Source of the DNA: Camelus dromedarius | Lineage: Eukaryota | Assembly (NCBI RefSeq): GCF_036321535.1 | Contig: NC_087455.1 | Coordinates: 10,602,001 to 10,666,000 of the forward strand | DNA length: 64,000 bases | Direction: 5' to 3' | In this document: in pieces, positions 49,746 to 62,441 of the stretch | Layout of the letters: each line of letters starts with the position of its first letter | Numbering within the stretch: position 1 is the first letter of the stretch | Made by a program: the position numbers and the translations under genes | The notes under the pieces: model-generated | What the model saw: the letters and a program-made list of their open reading frames with translations, nothing else | Told to the model about the DNA's origin: nothing | Database searches by the model: none

Positions 49746-51914
49746 ACCACCCCCACAGCCCCACTGCCTCTTGACTCGAAGCTTCCAAGCAAGGCGATGG
49801 CACGCTGAACCGAATTTACATAACCTGGACGGGCACTCACCCAGCTGGCCAAGCACCCAAGGGTGTCTCCAGTGGGCTGCTGGGCACACAGCCCCTGGCA
49901 ACAGGACGCAGGGTCAGTTAGCACGATGTGGTTCCGAGACCCCTCTCAGCTGGAAGCTGCGACCTGCTCTGTTCCCGCTGCAGTCACCGTGCTCCTGTCT
50001 GAGACTGTCTACAAGGTCAACCCAGCGCGCCCCCCGCAACTGCTGCCGCTGCGACTCAGGCAGCAAGAATTGGAACATCAGAAACCTGGGTATGGGCAGC
50101 CCAGCCCCAGGGCATCCTCGCCCGGCACCGACGAGGGGCCTCACCTGGGCAGCGGCACTGGCCTCCCACGTGGGCAGGCAAGAGCAGAGACTGCGGGCCC
50201 GGCCCAGGGGAGCCGGGCCAGAGAAGCCTGGCACGTTCCTCCAATGAAGCCAGTCCACAGAGGAACAGGGGACGGAGCCCCCAGAGACCCTCTGTGCCAA
50301 CCTCACTCCTGCATGGAGGAGCCACTGTCCAGAGAACCTAATGGCCTGCCTGTAATGAATCACCTCATTTCTGCAAGTCCCGATCTCTGGTCCGAATTCC
50401 CCTCCCCAAGGCTGCGATGAAATGACTCCCGCCACCGGCCACTGCCCCTGAGCCCTTCCCTCCCGGGTATGCATCTTCTCACTTCGGGCAGAGAGGCCAA
50501 GCCTCTGCCCCAGACCGCGGGCTGGAGGGCAATGCCATGCTCGGGCCAGGCATTTTCACAGGTCGCCTGACCTAACTGTGAACTGAAGCCTGCAAGGTGC
50601 GCACCATGGCCTCCGGCGGACAGATGGGGCCCACGGGGTCCCCAGGGCACACAGCTTGGGACTGAGTTCGGAAAAGGAATCCGGAATATCCAACTCCACA
50701 TCCCATGCTTTTCCTACACACCCGCAGTGCGTCCCAAAGAGGGACAGCCTCTGTGGAAGGGTCCCCACCCCAAAACGGTCAACCTCACCCCCACTCACAA
50801 GAGGCAACAATGGCAAATGAGTCAGTAAATTATTCTCAACACCCTCATTCACTGCCACCACCCCCATCAAGGTTATATATTTAAAATCCACACCCTAGTT
50901 TTGGGGTTTGTTTTTATTCCTTCTGCCCTCTTGTTTTCATATAAAATGTTTCAGCTTTTCTGTAACAGTATTTCCTTAATTTAAGACATAGCGACAATGA
51001 CCCACTGAGGGGTCTACACAAGAGACCAAAGGACAAAATTCACATCATCAATCTGACGTTGCTCAACCCCATGTGCAGACACTATGTAATTAATTATGTG
51101 CTCTGAAAACGGCAGGAGCTCGCCAAAGCCAGGCAGTGACTCTCAACATTCAAAGCCAGCTCTGCACCGGTGTGTCAAAGGACAAATCACAGGGTCTGGT
51201 AACCTATCTAAATATCAGTTCTTTTTATTATCAGTGAGCTTTTGCAGAGTCCTTGAACCAGGAGGAGTAGCATCACCACAGAAAGCATAACCACGCGACC
51301 CCGACAGGTACACGTGGCCTGAGTTTCAGGTCAAGCTTCAAAAGTTGTCCCAGGGAAACTACAGAGATTAAAAACCTTTTTGCAAAATAAAGTTTCTTTA
51401 TCTCTGTCAAAGTGCTACTTTGCAAACTGCGTGTCTGAGCATCCATCAGGCTCTCTTCCAAGTTTGCCCAACTGCCCTAGGAAGAAGTTTCCAGTCCCTA
51501 ACAGCCGGCACCCCAGCCAAGCAAGCCCCATGCGCCTGCACACACACAAGCACACACAGTCTTCCTCCTTTTTTATTTTAAAGTTGCCCCGTGTCTTACT
51601 CTAGCCCCTGTTACCCGACCGGTGTGGCCAGGAGTGTGATGACATACCTCTTGGGGCCCTGGAAGTGTCTGCAGGATCCTGTCTTTATTTGATTGAAAAC
51701 CAGTCTTTCCACCTCCTGGGAACACCCTGTTCTAAAAGCCAGGCTAGGCGGCAAGTTCTGCCTTATCCTACACGACTCAAAGGATCCAAGCCTAGGAAGA
51801 TCGTGGGGGCTTTGTCACCCGTGGTTCATCTGGTCCCATCCCCAAACCACCCTGACCCTACGACACAGACCCTGAGAAGGTAAAGGTCTGAAGTCTAAGA
51901 AAATGAACATAAAA

Positions 51915-52045
51915 TAGTAAGTTTTAAGTTTACAATGTGACAATTTGATACATGTATATATTGTAAAATGGTCACCATAAAACATCAGTGAACATCCCCA
52001 TCACTTCACATCATTACAATTGTTTATGTGATGAGAGCATTCAAG
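51915..52045 (-). mobile_element. L1MA/MB-type 3' fragment
   Basis: tttaagtttacaatgtgacaatttgatacatgtatatattgtaaaatggtcaccata...gaacatccccatcacttcacatcattac. Confidence 0.75.
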
Positions 52046-52349
52046 GTGGCCCCTGGGATCTGATCCCCGCCTGTATCTCCAACCCCAGCCCCCTGTGAGG
52101 TGGCCCACATCCACACACTGGTCTGGGACTTAGCTCCCCTTCTTTGTGCCCCACCATCTCAGAGGTCCCTTCCACGCTCGCCTGTCACTGCCTCCCCTGC
52201 CAGGCTGGGCCACACCTGGGATCCCACTGCCACGTTCCAGCTGTGGACACCGGGGCACATTACATAACCGCTCTGAACCTCAGTCCTCTCCTCCGTAAGA
52301 CAGAAATAACTCATAGGCTATCGAGAGACTGAAATGAGGCCAAGATTTT

Positions 52350-52770
52350 TTTCTTTCTGCTTCATTTTAAATAAACTTAAATTTTTAAGAACAGTTAGAT
52401 TTTACAGACAAACAGGAATAGAGCAGAGAGAGTTCTCATACTCCACACCAGACTTCCCCTCCCGTCATCTTGTGCAAGATGATCCATTTCATACCAGTAG
52501 TAGACCAGCAGTGACCCAATATTACGAGCTGAAATCCATACTCTATTCAGATTTTCTCAGTCTTTTCGTAATATCCATTTTCTGTGCGAGGACCCCATCT
52601 AGGACCCCCCATTACACTGAGTCATCCTGTCTCCTGTCTCCCCTCGGCTGTGGCAGTTTCTCAGGCTTTCCTGGGTTTTGGTGACCCTGCTGGTTTTGAA
52701 GAGGACTGGTCATGCATTTTGTAAAAGTCCCTCCACTGGGGTCCGTATCAGCCATGTTGAGAGCACGCAC
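52350..52770 (-). mobile_element. L1MC-type 3' end
   Basis: aaacttaaatttttaagaacagttagattttacag...gagagttctcatact...ccatactctattcagattttctcag...tgtggcagtttctcaggctttcc...ttttgaagaggactggtcatgcattttgta. Confidence 0.85.
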
Positions 52771-52859
52771 CCTTGATGAGATGTGATCAGAAACGACACC
52801 TTACCTCTGCAGTTTTCCTCCCAAAATACAGAACCCCCCGTCTCACCTTAAGAAGGTCA

Positions 52860-53590
52860 CAAATTTTTTAAATTAAACAGATAATTATTATCTGTATGAC
52901 AGATAATACACTTAAGATGGTTCAAAAATCGAAAGCTACCCAAAGACCCAGTCAGAAGGCGCCTGTGTGCACCTTTCCCTCCCTGCCCTGTCTCCCCCTC
53001 AGCACTCGCAGGCTGCCCCTCATGTTGATTTCTAGGGCATCCTTACAGAGTTGGGGCAAATATAAACTCTTACATTCCCGCCACACACACGCACACTTTT
53101 TACACAAAAACCGGCAGGCTCAGTGTTCTGTACTTGGCTTTCTCAACATCGCCCGCGACCTGCCCGAGTCACGCACACGGCGCTTCCTCCCTCTCCTGCG
53201 TCTGGTCCACGGCGCGAGCCAGGGCCATTGCTTACTGAGCCAATATCTGACTCACGGACCTATGGGTTGCTCCCAAAGATTTGCTACCATACAAACGCTG
53301 CCATGAATAGTCATGTGCACTATCCGTTTCACACAACTCTCTTTAAGTACATCTCTAAGGAACATATCCCCACTACAGTGAGGTTGCTGGGTCAAACGGC
53401 ACCTGCAGGTGCAGTCTGGATGGGGAACCCCAAAACGCCCTCCCTTGGGGCTGTACCAACTCGATTCCCGCTGGCAACGGATGCACACGGGGCTGTTTCT
53501 CACAGCTGTGTCAGCTGTCAAGTACATGACCGATGTGTGCATGGCACAATCTTATTAGGAAAAGGTGGCATTTTTAAAATTTACGTCTCC
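52860..53590 (-). mobile_element. L1ME/MD-type fossil, GC-shifted
   Basis: tgttctgtacttggctttctcaacat, gggttgctcccaaagatttgctaccatacaaacgctgccatgaatagtcatgtgcac, gaggttgctgggtcaaacgg. Confidence 0.7.
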
Positions 53591-55074
53591 CTTTTTATGA
53601 TGGGGTAAATTATCCCCTGTTGAGGTGCCACTTGAGTTTCTTCCTCTGTGAACCATCTTCAGATGCTGAAAAGCAACCTGCCGCATGCATGTGGCCGAGG
53701 GCTGGGCTCTGTGGGCGCTACACATCCCAGGGACCCAAGTCACGGGACGCAGCCTGCAGGAGCACCTAGCAAGATGGCGAGGATGAGGACCACTCCAGAG
53801 AAGCCAGAGTCACGAAAGCAGGTTTCACGTCGAGAAGGTGAGATGCAGCCGAGGCTGCCACGCTTCATCTGTTCCCCCGAGAGACTGGCAGAGGGGAAGG
53901 GGCCCCACAGGGAAAGGCTCCTAGGAGACCTGGGGAGACAGCAGACTGCGGGGTCTGTTTAGAGGGAGGGGGAGACCAAAGGCAGCACAGACGCCAACCG
54001 AGGCCTCAAAGTCACAGCAATCAAGCCACAGAACTGGGTCTCCCAGTGCAGGTGGAGGGAAATGTGAACGTCCCTTCTTTACACTCTATAAATATTTGGA
54101 GATCAGGGACTGTTTGTTTTCTTTCATGACCATTTAGTTCAGGATCTCTTACAGCTTCAACCACCTGAAGAGCCTCTACAAAGCACAGCCTTCCAGCACT
54201 GGCTCTTGGCAAAAGGTGGACGGGAAGGTGAAACTTCGACAAACAGGAATGACCTTTCCTCAAGTTCTGTCCAAGAGGGAAAACCACCGGAGCTGGAGAG
54301 ATGTCACTCTCGCACGCAGCAATCTGCACCATGCCTCGGGGCTGTGCACAGGGAACTGGACGGAACATTTCATTCTGCAAATATCTCAGGTCTCCTAAGA
54401 ATCCTCCCCGAGACCAGAGATACCCTGGGCCGTTCACCTGCCGATCTGATGTGTTACATATGCTCCCTCCAGCTTCCAGAGTGCGCTGCGTCACCATGTC
54501 GCTTGCATAACCTCCTCCAGTAGATGGAGGCTGGCAATGCTGAGTCATCTAAGTGTGTGCTTAGGATCAAGAGCTAGTGCTCTGAAATTTCTAGACTCAG
54601 ATAAGAACTCTGTCCCACCATTCCTCTCTCTCCCTGGAGACACCTGGTTTAGGATCTCAAATGCCTCTAAACCCCCTCTTCCCCCACCCTAACCCTCTCC
54701 TCTTCACCCCAGCCAGTCCACCAAAGAGACAATCTCAGTGTCTTGGGGAGTGTCTGCTCAAAAGCCCTGAAGGTCCCTCTATTCCCTCAATACTCAAGAC
54801 CACACTATTCACTCAGGCAGCTAACATATCAGTAAGCCAGCCTTACACTCCCTTTTCCAAGTTCAGTCCCCACCAGCCCTCACTCAGACCATCAGCTCCA
54901 GGGAAAGGACCAATCTCAGTACCCACATTGAAGCCTCTGCTTCAGTTCTCCAGTGCCATCCCCCCTCCCAACGCACACCCTCCATGCACTCTCTATAGCG
55001 TACGAAGGGCTCAATTCCAAACCCACCATGAAGAAATCTTTTCTCACTACTGCAATCCACACCCCACACAAACA

Positions 55075-55400
55075 GAGTGTCTGCTAGTTCTCAGGCACTG
55101 TCACAGGCAATGAGATGCATATAAAACACAGGTTCATCCCCAGAAAGTTCAGTCTGGCAGATGAGATGGACATTCTGATGCAAGGGGACGAGAAGGGCTC
55201 TGTTCACGGTTAACACAAGTGGCTATCCTAAGTCTGGAAGTCAGGGAGGACTTCCTGGGGGAGGTGGCACCTGAGTTGCATCTTGAAGAAGCAAAGAGGC
55301 TTACAGGTTGCAGGAGGGTTGTGTGATTTATAGAAGGGAGGAGGGCTGCTGAGTTCCAAAGGACCCATGATTAGGGGAAAGGAGAGAAACAGGCCACGTG
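55075..55400 (-). mobile_element. L2 fragment
   Basis: ttctcaggcactgtcacaggcaatgagatg..., gtcagggaggacttcctgggggaggtggcacctgagttgcatcttgaagaa. Confidence 0.75.
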
Positions 55401-56404
55401 TACGGTGTGAACATGAGCACCAAAGAGCACAGACTGCTCTACATTTATTATTTCAGACCCGTCATGAAGCTGCAATTAGGACTGGCTTCCCCAGGCAGCT
55501 TTCCTATTCACAGGGGCACCAAATTCAGCTAACTAATGCAAATAGGGCCTTTTAATAATGGAGACAGGCATCAATAATGCAGAGGCCAGGAGCTCCCCAA
55601 AGGAACCACGGAGAATATCAAGACTCCTTGCCTGGGACTTAACAGCTTCCGAAGGCATGGCCCGGAGGCTGTGTTCTGGAAAGAAACGGGCTTCCTCCAG
55701 GAATTCGTACCAAGTTCCACGTGAGCACCTCTAAGTCTGCCCAGGAAAACGAGCCATCCCAACCTCATATAAAAAGCAAGCATCACTCACAGAGGGTTTG
55801 ATTGATAAACGCCTGGCCTGTTACAAACCTCTTCCAACCACATCACCAGTTTCCACCCTCACAGCAACCTGAGTGGTAGCAGGGTCCCGTCTGTGGCTTC
55901 GGCCGCCCGGGAAGCTGGGGTTGTCACCTGAGGGCTTGCTGGGGCATACGACAGCAGGTTCCAGAGAGGATTCTGACCTGGTCCTCGAGCCCTGTGATTC
56001 TTGCTGTCCACTAGTGATTTCTAGGAGTCTGGGGCTAGGCAGACTCCTGGAGGCTGCTTCGTCCAGCGCCCCTTGATATCTAGTGAAGGACCGGTGACCG
56101 AGCTGGGTCAAGATGCTGACATCCTCAGACGGATTAATCTACTGGGGGATGAACCAGGTCTCTTCTGAAGCCAAGAGGAAGGGCTCGTGCACACCAGTTA
56201 CTGTGGGCCCAGCTAGGCCCTCTCAAGAAGGAAGGGACAGATGACCTTCCAGGGAGCTGGGTCTGAGACTCTGGGACTCAGAGACATGGCTTTTCCATGA
56301 AGAGCCCAGAACTGCTGTCCGGGAGTGGGGCATTAACAAATTCAGTGTGAGGTCGCATCCAAGGGCAAAACAGTTTTCCAGCTTTTATCTGAAAAACCCA
56401 AAAT

Positions 56405-56640
56405 GGGGGAGTGGTGGGTATAGCTTAGTGGTACAGTGTGAGCTTAGCATGCACAAGGGCCTGGGTTCAATCCCCAGCATCTCCATTAAAAAAAATAAAA
56501 ATGGATAAAGGTAATAGGAAAGACATAAAATTCTGAGGATGTAAACACAAACCAATCCCATACAACTTTAAAAATAATAAAAAAAAAAAGAAGAATAAAT
56601 AATAATAATTAATAATAAAGTAAATTATTTTAAAATAATG
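56405..56640 (+). mobile_element. Camelid vic-1-type tRNA-derived SINE with an extended composite tail
   Basis: gggtatagcttagtggtacagtgtgagcttagcatgcacaagggcctgggttcaatccccagcatctcca; A box 56421-56431, B box 56464-56473; followed by A-rich, unique and A-rich segments. Confidence 0.9.
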
Positions 56641-56879
56641 TAAAAGTATACTAAATGCCCTTGCAAATAAAAATGCCAGTGTGCATCTTCTTGGTCAGAT
56701 GACAGGGCAGAGAAATGTTGCCGTGGTGAGGGTCTGGGGTCAAGACGCGGACTCTATACAGATCCCACTTCGGGCATGGTATCCATGCCTTTCTAATCTG
56801 ACCTCCCATCAGATGGGGCCACCAGTGTCTGTCCCCACTTCCTCCTGGTCAGTGAGAGATGGGTACAGATCTAATTCCA

Positions 56880-57010
56880 AACTGAAAGGGAATTTACTGA
56901 GCAGGTACTATGTGCCAGGCCTCACTCCCAACAGCCTTCAATGTCAATCATCCCCATTTACAGGGGTGCAGACCAAGACTCAAGGATGTAAAACACTTGG
57001 CCACAAACCA
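56880..57010 (-). mobile_element. MIR fragment
   Basis: tttactgagcaggtactatgtgccaggc...atccccatttacaggggtgcagaccaagactca. Confidence 0.75.
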
Positions 57011-58149
57011 TTCCCAGGGCAAACTTTAGGGGATGAAAAAGAGGAAAAGGAGGAGTCCTGCCAGCAAAGGGTTTTGGGGTCTACTTGGCCTCAGTGGTAG
57101 AACCAGACAGAACCGTAAGTTGTCTGAGCCTCAGCCCTCCCTCCTCACTCTCTATCCCACTCGAGATGGACCCGAGACCCACGAGTGTGCCCTCCCGCCC
57201 CTGGGCATCCTGTGAGAACCAGCTGACCCAGAGGGACTCAGCTGAGATTTGGCCTGAGATGACACCAAGCAACGGCTGGCTGGGCTGGACCAGCCTCCCA
57301 GTGGGCATGGTCACTCCGGGGAGCTCAACCAGATGAACAGACCTCTGTGGGCCCAGCTCTGAGAGTGGTGGGAGTCCCCATGGCCAGGGCCAACCGCCCA
57401 GGTGTGGCCAGCACACTGAGCACATGACCTTTGCCCCTTCAGAGTCTGTCCACCAGCATCCCACACTAGTTAAGGCCTTCTGAGATCCAAACAGCATTCA
57501 GAGCTTGCCGGGGACAGTCTGTAAAAGTTTTCCACTGGAACCAAAGATTTCAGTGCTGTAACTCAAAGCATGACTTTACAATGGGATCTGATTATCAGGA
57601 GTCCCAGAATATCCTCTTTTGAGACGCACTGCTCCTTTCTCTTTCCTGTTGTTTATGGGCTGGCAGGCACACGGCACGTAGACAGGGCCAATGCATCATC
57701 CAGGCTGGTGGGAGGAGGGCCTGTTTCTTCCAGGGATCAGCTCTGGGGTCCCAGCGCTCATCCAAGGGGCCTCTATCCACACCCACCACGGAGAGAGATG
57801 CTGTCCTGATGGAAGTGTCGATGATCCTTAAGCACATCTGCTCCAGCCCTCCACAGGCTTCTCACTTCGATGACTTCACAGGGTATGGACCCCCATCCTC
57901 TCTGACATCACCTCCTCCCTGCCCTCACCTGCTCACTCCTCTCCAGTTACAGGAACCTCCTCACTCTCTGAGTTAGTCTCCTGTTGCCCTCTCCCCCCAA
58001 CTCCAATCCAGGGCCCACCCTCCTCCACCTGGCTCTGTGCCTACCAGCTCCGTCCTGACGCACCAGCTGTCAGCTGAGTTCAGCCAGTGAGAGGAGGCAG
58101 AAGGTGGAAGAGTTAAGGGTAGGAGCTACAGGGTTCCTTCCATGTGGTA

Positions 58150-58360
58150 AAGCCTACTCCACTACAGCTCTGGGGCCAAGTTAGTGAACCTCTCTGTGAA
58201 TCTCAGCTTCTCCATCTGTAAAATGGGGAGGGTGGTAACAGTACTTAGAATACAGGACTGTTATGAGCATGATACTAAGTTAGTTGACAGGAAGCACTTA
58301 GAATTGTGCCTGGCACATGGCAAACCCTCTGTAAATAAAAGCTGTCATTATTACTATTAT
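58150..58360 (+). mobile_element. MIR SINE
   Basis: ccaagttagtgaacctctctgtgaatctcagcttctccatctgtaaaatgggg...aagcacttagaattgtgcctggcacatggcaaacc. Confidence 0.9.
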
Positions 58361-59684
58361 CACTGGAGTCAGGTCTTGGTTTTGATTCTATATGATTTGA
58401 GCTGAGTCAGTTTATTTAATTCCATAACAGTCCCCCAAATGACAAACCTTCAAACTACCTGTCGCCAATACTTTCTGAGCACAGGCCTGCCGCTGACGTC
58501 TGTCGGCAGCCTCCCCAGACAGCTGCTTCAGAAAGGCCCACCTTCAGTCTGTATGCATGTTGTGATGCAATATATGATTATATACACGTTATACTTACAA
58601 ACATATTTTAATATACAGTATAAATAGAATATATATATATGCACATATGAATAAACATATTTTTGAATTACATCTAATATCCACAACTCCACCCAAAACC
58701 AACTAAGTCAAGGAAGCAGTACCTGGACCCACGACACCTGGCAGCCCCAGGCTCGTGGATGCTGGGACCCAGTATGAATCCCGGCTCTAGGCACGTATTC
58801 CGTCCCCTGGGCTACGCTCACCCCCCTGCCTCACAGGATGACAGTGTAATAGACAAAACAGAAGTGAATAAAGGGACCATTCTGCCCCGCCCACAGGAGG
58901 GGCTCAGTCAGCATTAGTTCTCTTTTTTTCTCTAATGAAATAAAATATTTGACATGGAAAACCCAGGAAATTTCACAGGAATAATATAAAGTCATCCACA
59001 CCCTCCTAAAAACAGTCAATCAAGGGAATTTTTCAAAAGTCCATTTTCCAAAAGCAATGGTTCATGAAGCTATTACGAAGCTTCTAAACTTCCCCTTAAT
59101 TTCCGGTATTCAAAAAAATACGTGCTTAAATGATAAAATGTCAGTGGCAGCAGCTGAGATCCACCCGCAACATTTTTTTTTCCATTCTTTCCAGGTTGAA
59201 AGGTGTTGCCTGAAGCCCACAGTCCTTGGCCATCAAGGCCTGGGCCCAATGGACGGTGAGCCCACAGGCTCTTCTCTCTCACCTAGTGGCCCCGGCCAGA
59301 TACCATCTCCTCAGTCAGCTCACCCACAGCTCTCCTGTGGGCTCCGGGTGGCAACTATGGCTGCCCTGGGGAGGCGGGCGTTTGTCAGCCGTGAAAATGG
59401 AACAAGACTCCAAAGAGCTCTGGCATTTGCCGGGCAAATGCTAACTCAGCCTCAGGAGCCCTGGCTTCTGGCCCCAAGAGTCCCATGAACTTGAGTCCAA
59501 ATTCTCCAGCCTGGGGCAGGCTAGTGAAGGCTGACTGTAACCAGAACCACCAGGGTCCTCCCACCCCTCCCCCGGAGGACTTCACTGCACCACCCAGCAG
59601 GGAAGCTTTGTACAAAGGGAACAAGCAGAGGACCACCCCCACGCCCTCCCCTTTTTCATCGCAGCCTCTCTAAAGATGGTGCAG

Positions 59685-59870
59685 AAGTTACATGTGCAGA
59701 CTCTGGAGCTGCGGTACCCAGGTTCGAATCCAGGCTCTCCTGCTTACTGTCTGGGACATTCTCTGGGTTAAGTCTTCTCCTCTGTAAAATGGAGCCTTAG
59801 CATACATAAAGCAGTGCCTGACGCACTGCCAGCACTCGGTGAGTTCCTACTATTTTAAGCAATTAGCAAT
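59685..59870 (+). mobile_element. MIR fragment
   Basis: ccaggttcgaatccaggctct...cttctcctctgtaaaatggag...aagcagtgcctgacgcac. Confidence 0.75.
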
Positions 59871-60029
59871 TAGCATTTTTCCTACCATATCCAGCCTCTG
59901 GAACCGTCTAGTTCCGGTCAGCTCCAACAGGGACGTCCCATTTGGGCTTCAGGTGCAGTCCCTCAGAAGTTCAAACTAAACGGTTCAGCCTCGACCTAAC
60001 CCTCTGCAGTCTGCTTTCAAGTATCCATT

Positions 60030-60860
60030 CATTTTTTCATCCATTCAAGAATATTTATTGACCACCCACTGAGCATCACACAACACAAAGAACAAGGAGG
60101 GCAAAGTCACAGCTTCTCCCCTCTAGTGGAGGAGCTGTACCAAAAACGAGAAGCAAAATAAATCAATAAAGATAATCTATAAACAACAAGGTCCTACTGT
60201 AGAGCACAGGGAACTACATGTGATACCTTGTAACGGCCTATAATGAAAAAGAATATGAAGGAATATGTGTATATGTATAAATGAATCACTATGCTGTACA
60301 CCAGAAATTAACACAACATTGTAAATCGACTATACGTCAATTAAAAAAAAAAAAAGATTGTTTAAAAACTGATTGGTGCCAGGTGGACAGACACAGCATC
60401 TGGTGATTAGGGAGGTAGGGGAAGGGCCCTATTAGATGGAGCGGTCTGAGCAGGAGACAGGAGTTGAGGTGAGAAGGAAGAAACCTTCCAAAGAGCCGAG
60501 GGGAGAGTGTCCCAGGAGGAGGGACCAGCAAGTGCACACAGAACAGGACGTCAGGGGACTAACTGAAGACCAGGCTGCTCGGTGGGAGGGTGACTCACCC
60601 AGGCTGGGTGATGGGCAGGGCCAGGCGGCTCAGGGTGTCCTAAGAGTGAGGAGGTGCAAGCCTGGGGCGAGGTGAAGCAGCGACGGTGCCCGGCTCTGGG
60701 GCTCATATGTGTGGAACAGGCTGTCAGGGGCCTCAGCAGGAGCACAGGGACCTGTGAGGAAGAATCGATGTATGGGGCTCCGGACTGGGCTGGTGGCCTG
60801 GGAGGCAGAGAGGAGGGGACTCTGGGGGGAGAAGGAACTAGACTGCGCTACTCAAAATGA
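60030..60860 (-). mobile_element. L2 fragment interrupted by a younger L1
   Basis: ttcatccattcaagaatatttattgacc...; resumes after 60355 with ggtctgagcaggagacaggagttgaggtgagaagg and ccaggcggctcagggtgtcctaag. Confidence 0.7.
60172..60355 (+). mobile_element. 5'-truncated cetartiodactyl-type L1 3' end with poly(A)
   Basis: ataaacaacaaggtcctactgtagagcacagggaactac...tataatgaaaaagaatatg...gctgtacaccagaaattaacacaacattgtaaatcgactatacgtcaattaaaaaaaaaaaaa. Confidence 0.92.
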
Positions 60861-60865
60861 GATAG

Positions 60866-61013
60866 ACAATCCTTAACTTTGACGTTATCTGTGAGCCTGA
60901 AAGAGATCCAATGCTCAGGTCCCACCCTAAAGCCCCAGGTGCAGGGTCCAGCCACCTGGGCTTCAGCAAGCCCCCGGGGGTTCTACGGTCCACTCAAGGT
61001 GGGGAAGCACTGG
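60866..61013 (+). mobile_element. MER5A1/MER5-like hAT element
   Basis: ccaatgctcaggtcccaccc...cagcaagcccccgggggttct...ccactcaaggtggggaagcactgg. Confidence 0.55.
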
Positions 61014-62288
61014 CCTGGAAGACTGACTAACAGTCAGTGTGTCCCCTGGGGAAAGCCTTCCTTTCCCTGGAGGGCCAGGCAAACCCCAAGCCCTGCGGCC
61101 AAGAGAATGAGATCCTCAAGGTGGTTTCTAGAACACAATTTGTCCACTGGGTCGATATCTACTTACCCCCACTGGGCCAGCCCCGGCCGGGCAGGAGGAG
61201 GTGGGAGGGCCAGGCCGAGCAGGCAGAGAGGAACTGGTATTACCCAGTTAGCAGGGCTGGAGCAGAGGGCAGGCGGGCTCGAGGCACTAACCACCCCCCC
61301 ACCCCCCGGCCACTGGCCTTGCAGCCGCATTCCAGCTCTGGGAGAAGAATGCGGGCAATCCCTCAGAGTCCCGGGGCAGGGCTGTCCGGAGGTGCACAGG
61401 AGTCTGGAATGCCTGCTGGTTGACCGAAAGTGGCCAGAGGAATCTGACTGAATCCCTCACCACCCCTGGGAGTTCTAGCCCATGGATTTCCTCAGGGTCC
61501 ATGGGGCCCAGGGGATTATGTGCAACTAGCAGGTAGCAGAGCCAGGCCCCAGGTGTGCAGAGGCCATAAAAAACAATTCACTTCACAGGCCTTGGGGTCA
61601 GACCTGCTCCTGCAGACTCTGAAGCATTCCATTTTCTCCCCAACCTCAGTGACACTCATCGTCCCAAATGACACAGCAAGGCAGAGACCAGGGCCGGGAG
61701 TGGCCAAGAGAACAAACACACAATCCCAGAATCCAGAATGCGACTTCTCCTCTCCGACTGCTTGGCCACCACTCTGACCGGGCCACCATCGCGCTCACCA
61801 GGAATAAAGCAATGTGGTTTCCCCAGCTCCAGGGCCACCCCATCCACAGAGCCAGCTGCTGTCACCCCATCCTGCCTCCTCCCCAACCACCAATCCAATC
61901 GCCCCTCCTTGATCGGCTTCTGCCACCTGGCCATCCTTCTGTTCTCCAAATAGCCAGACTTGCTCCCATCTTATCTGAGAAATATTTATCCAGACCTCTG
62001 ATAGGTGACAATCCTAAAAATACCCAATGCTGTCACCTGCTAGAATGTTATCTGCCATAACATGCAAGGCATCTCTGCTGGGGTTGAATAGTGTCCCTCC
62101 AAAATTCATGTGCCCCCAGAACCTCAGGATGTGACCTTATCTGGAGAGGGTCTTTGCAGAGTAATTTGTCACGATGAAGTCATATTGGATTAGGGTGGGC
62201 CCTAAATCCAGTGACTGGCGTCCTTATAAGAGGAGGAGGGGCCACAGAGACACACAGAGGGAGGGGGCCATGTGAAGATGGAGGCAGA

Positions 62289-62406
62289 AGACACAAACTA
62301 CTAGGTACAGAATAGATAAACACAAGTCCTGCTGAATAGCACAGGGAACTGTAGTCAGTGGCTTGCAGTAACCTGGAATGAAAAAGAATACATATACGTT
62401 TTATAC

Positions 62407-62441
<35 letters not shown>

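Noticed and set aside
49492-50247. Longest ORF in the track (251 aa)
   Set aside because: It has a non-ATG start, its first third overlaps a MIR, its composition is typical of GC-rich non-coding DNA, and it has no recognisable domain.
56405-56485. tRNA-like sequence (also 31255-31330 on the minus strand)
   Set aside because: These are SINE heads with A-rich tails, a TSD at one copy and no intact cloverleaf, so they are not tRNA genes.
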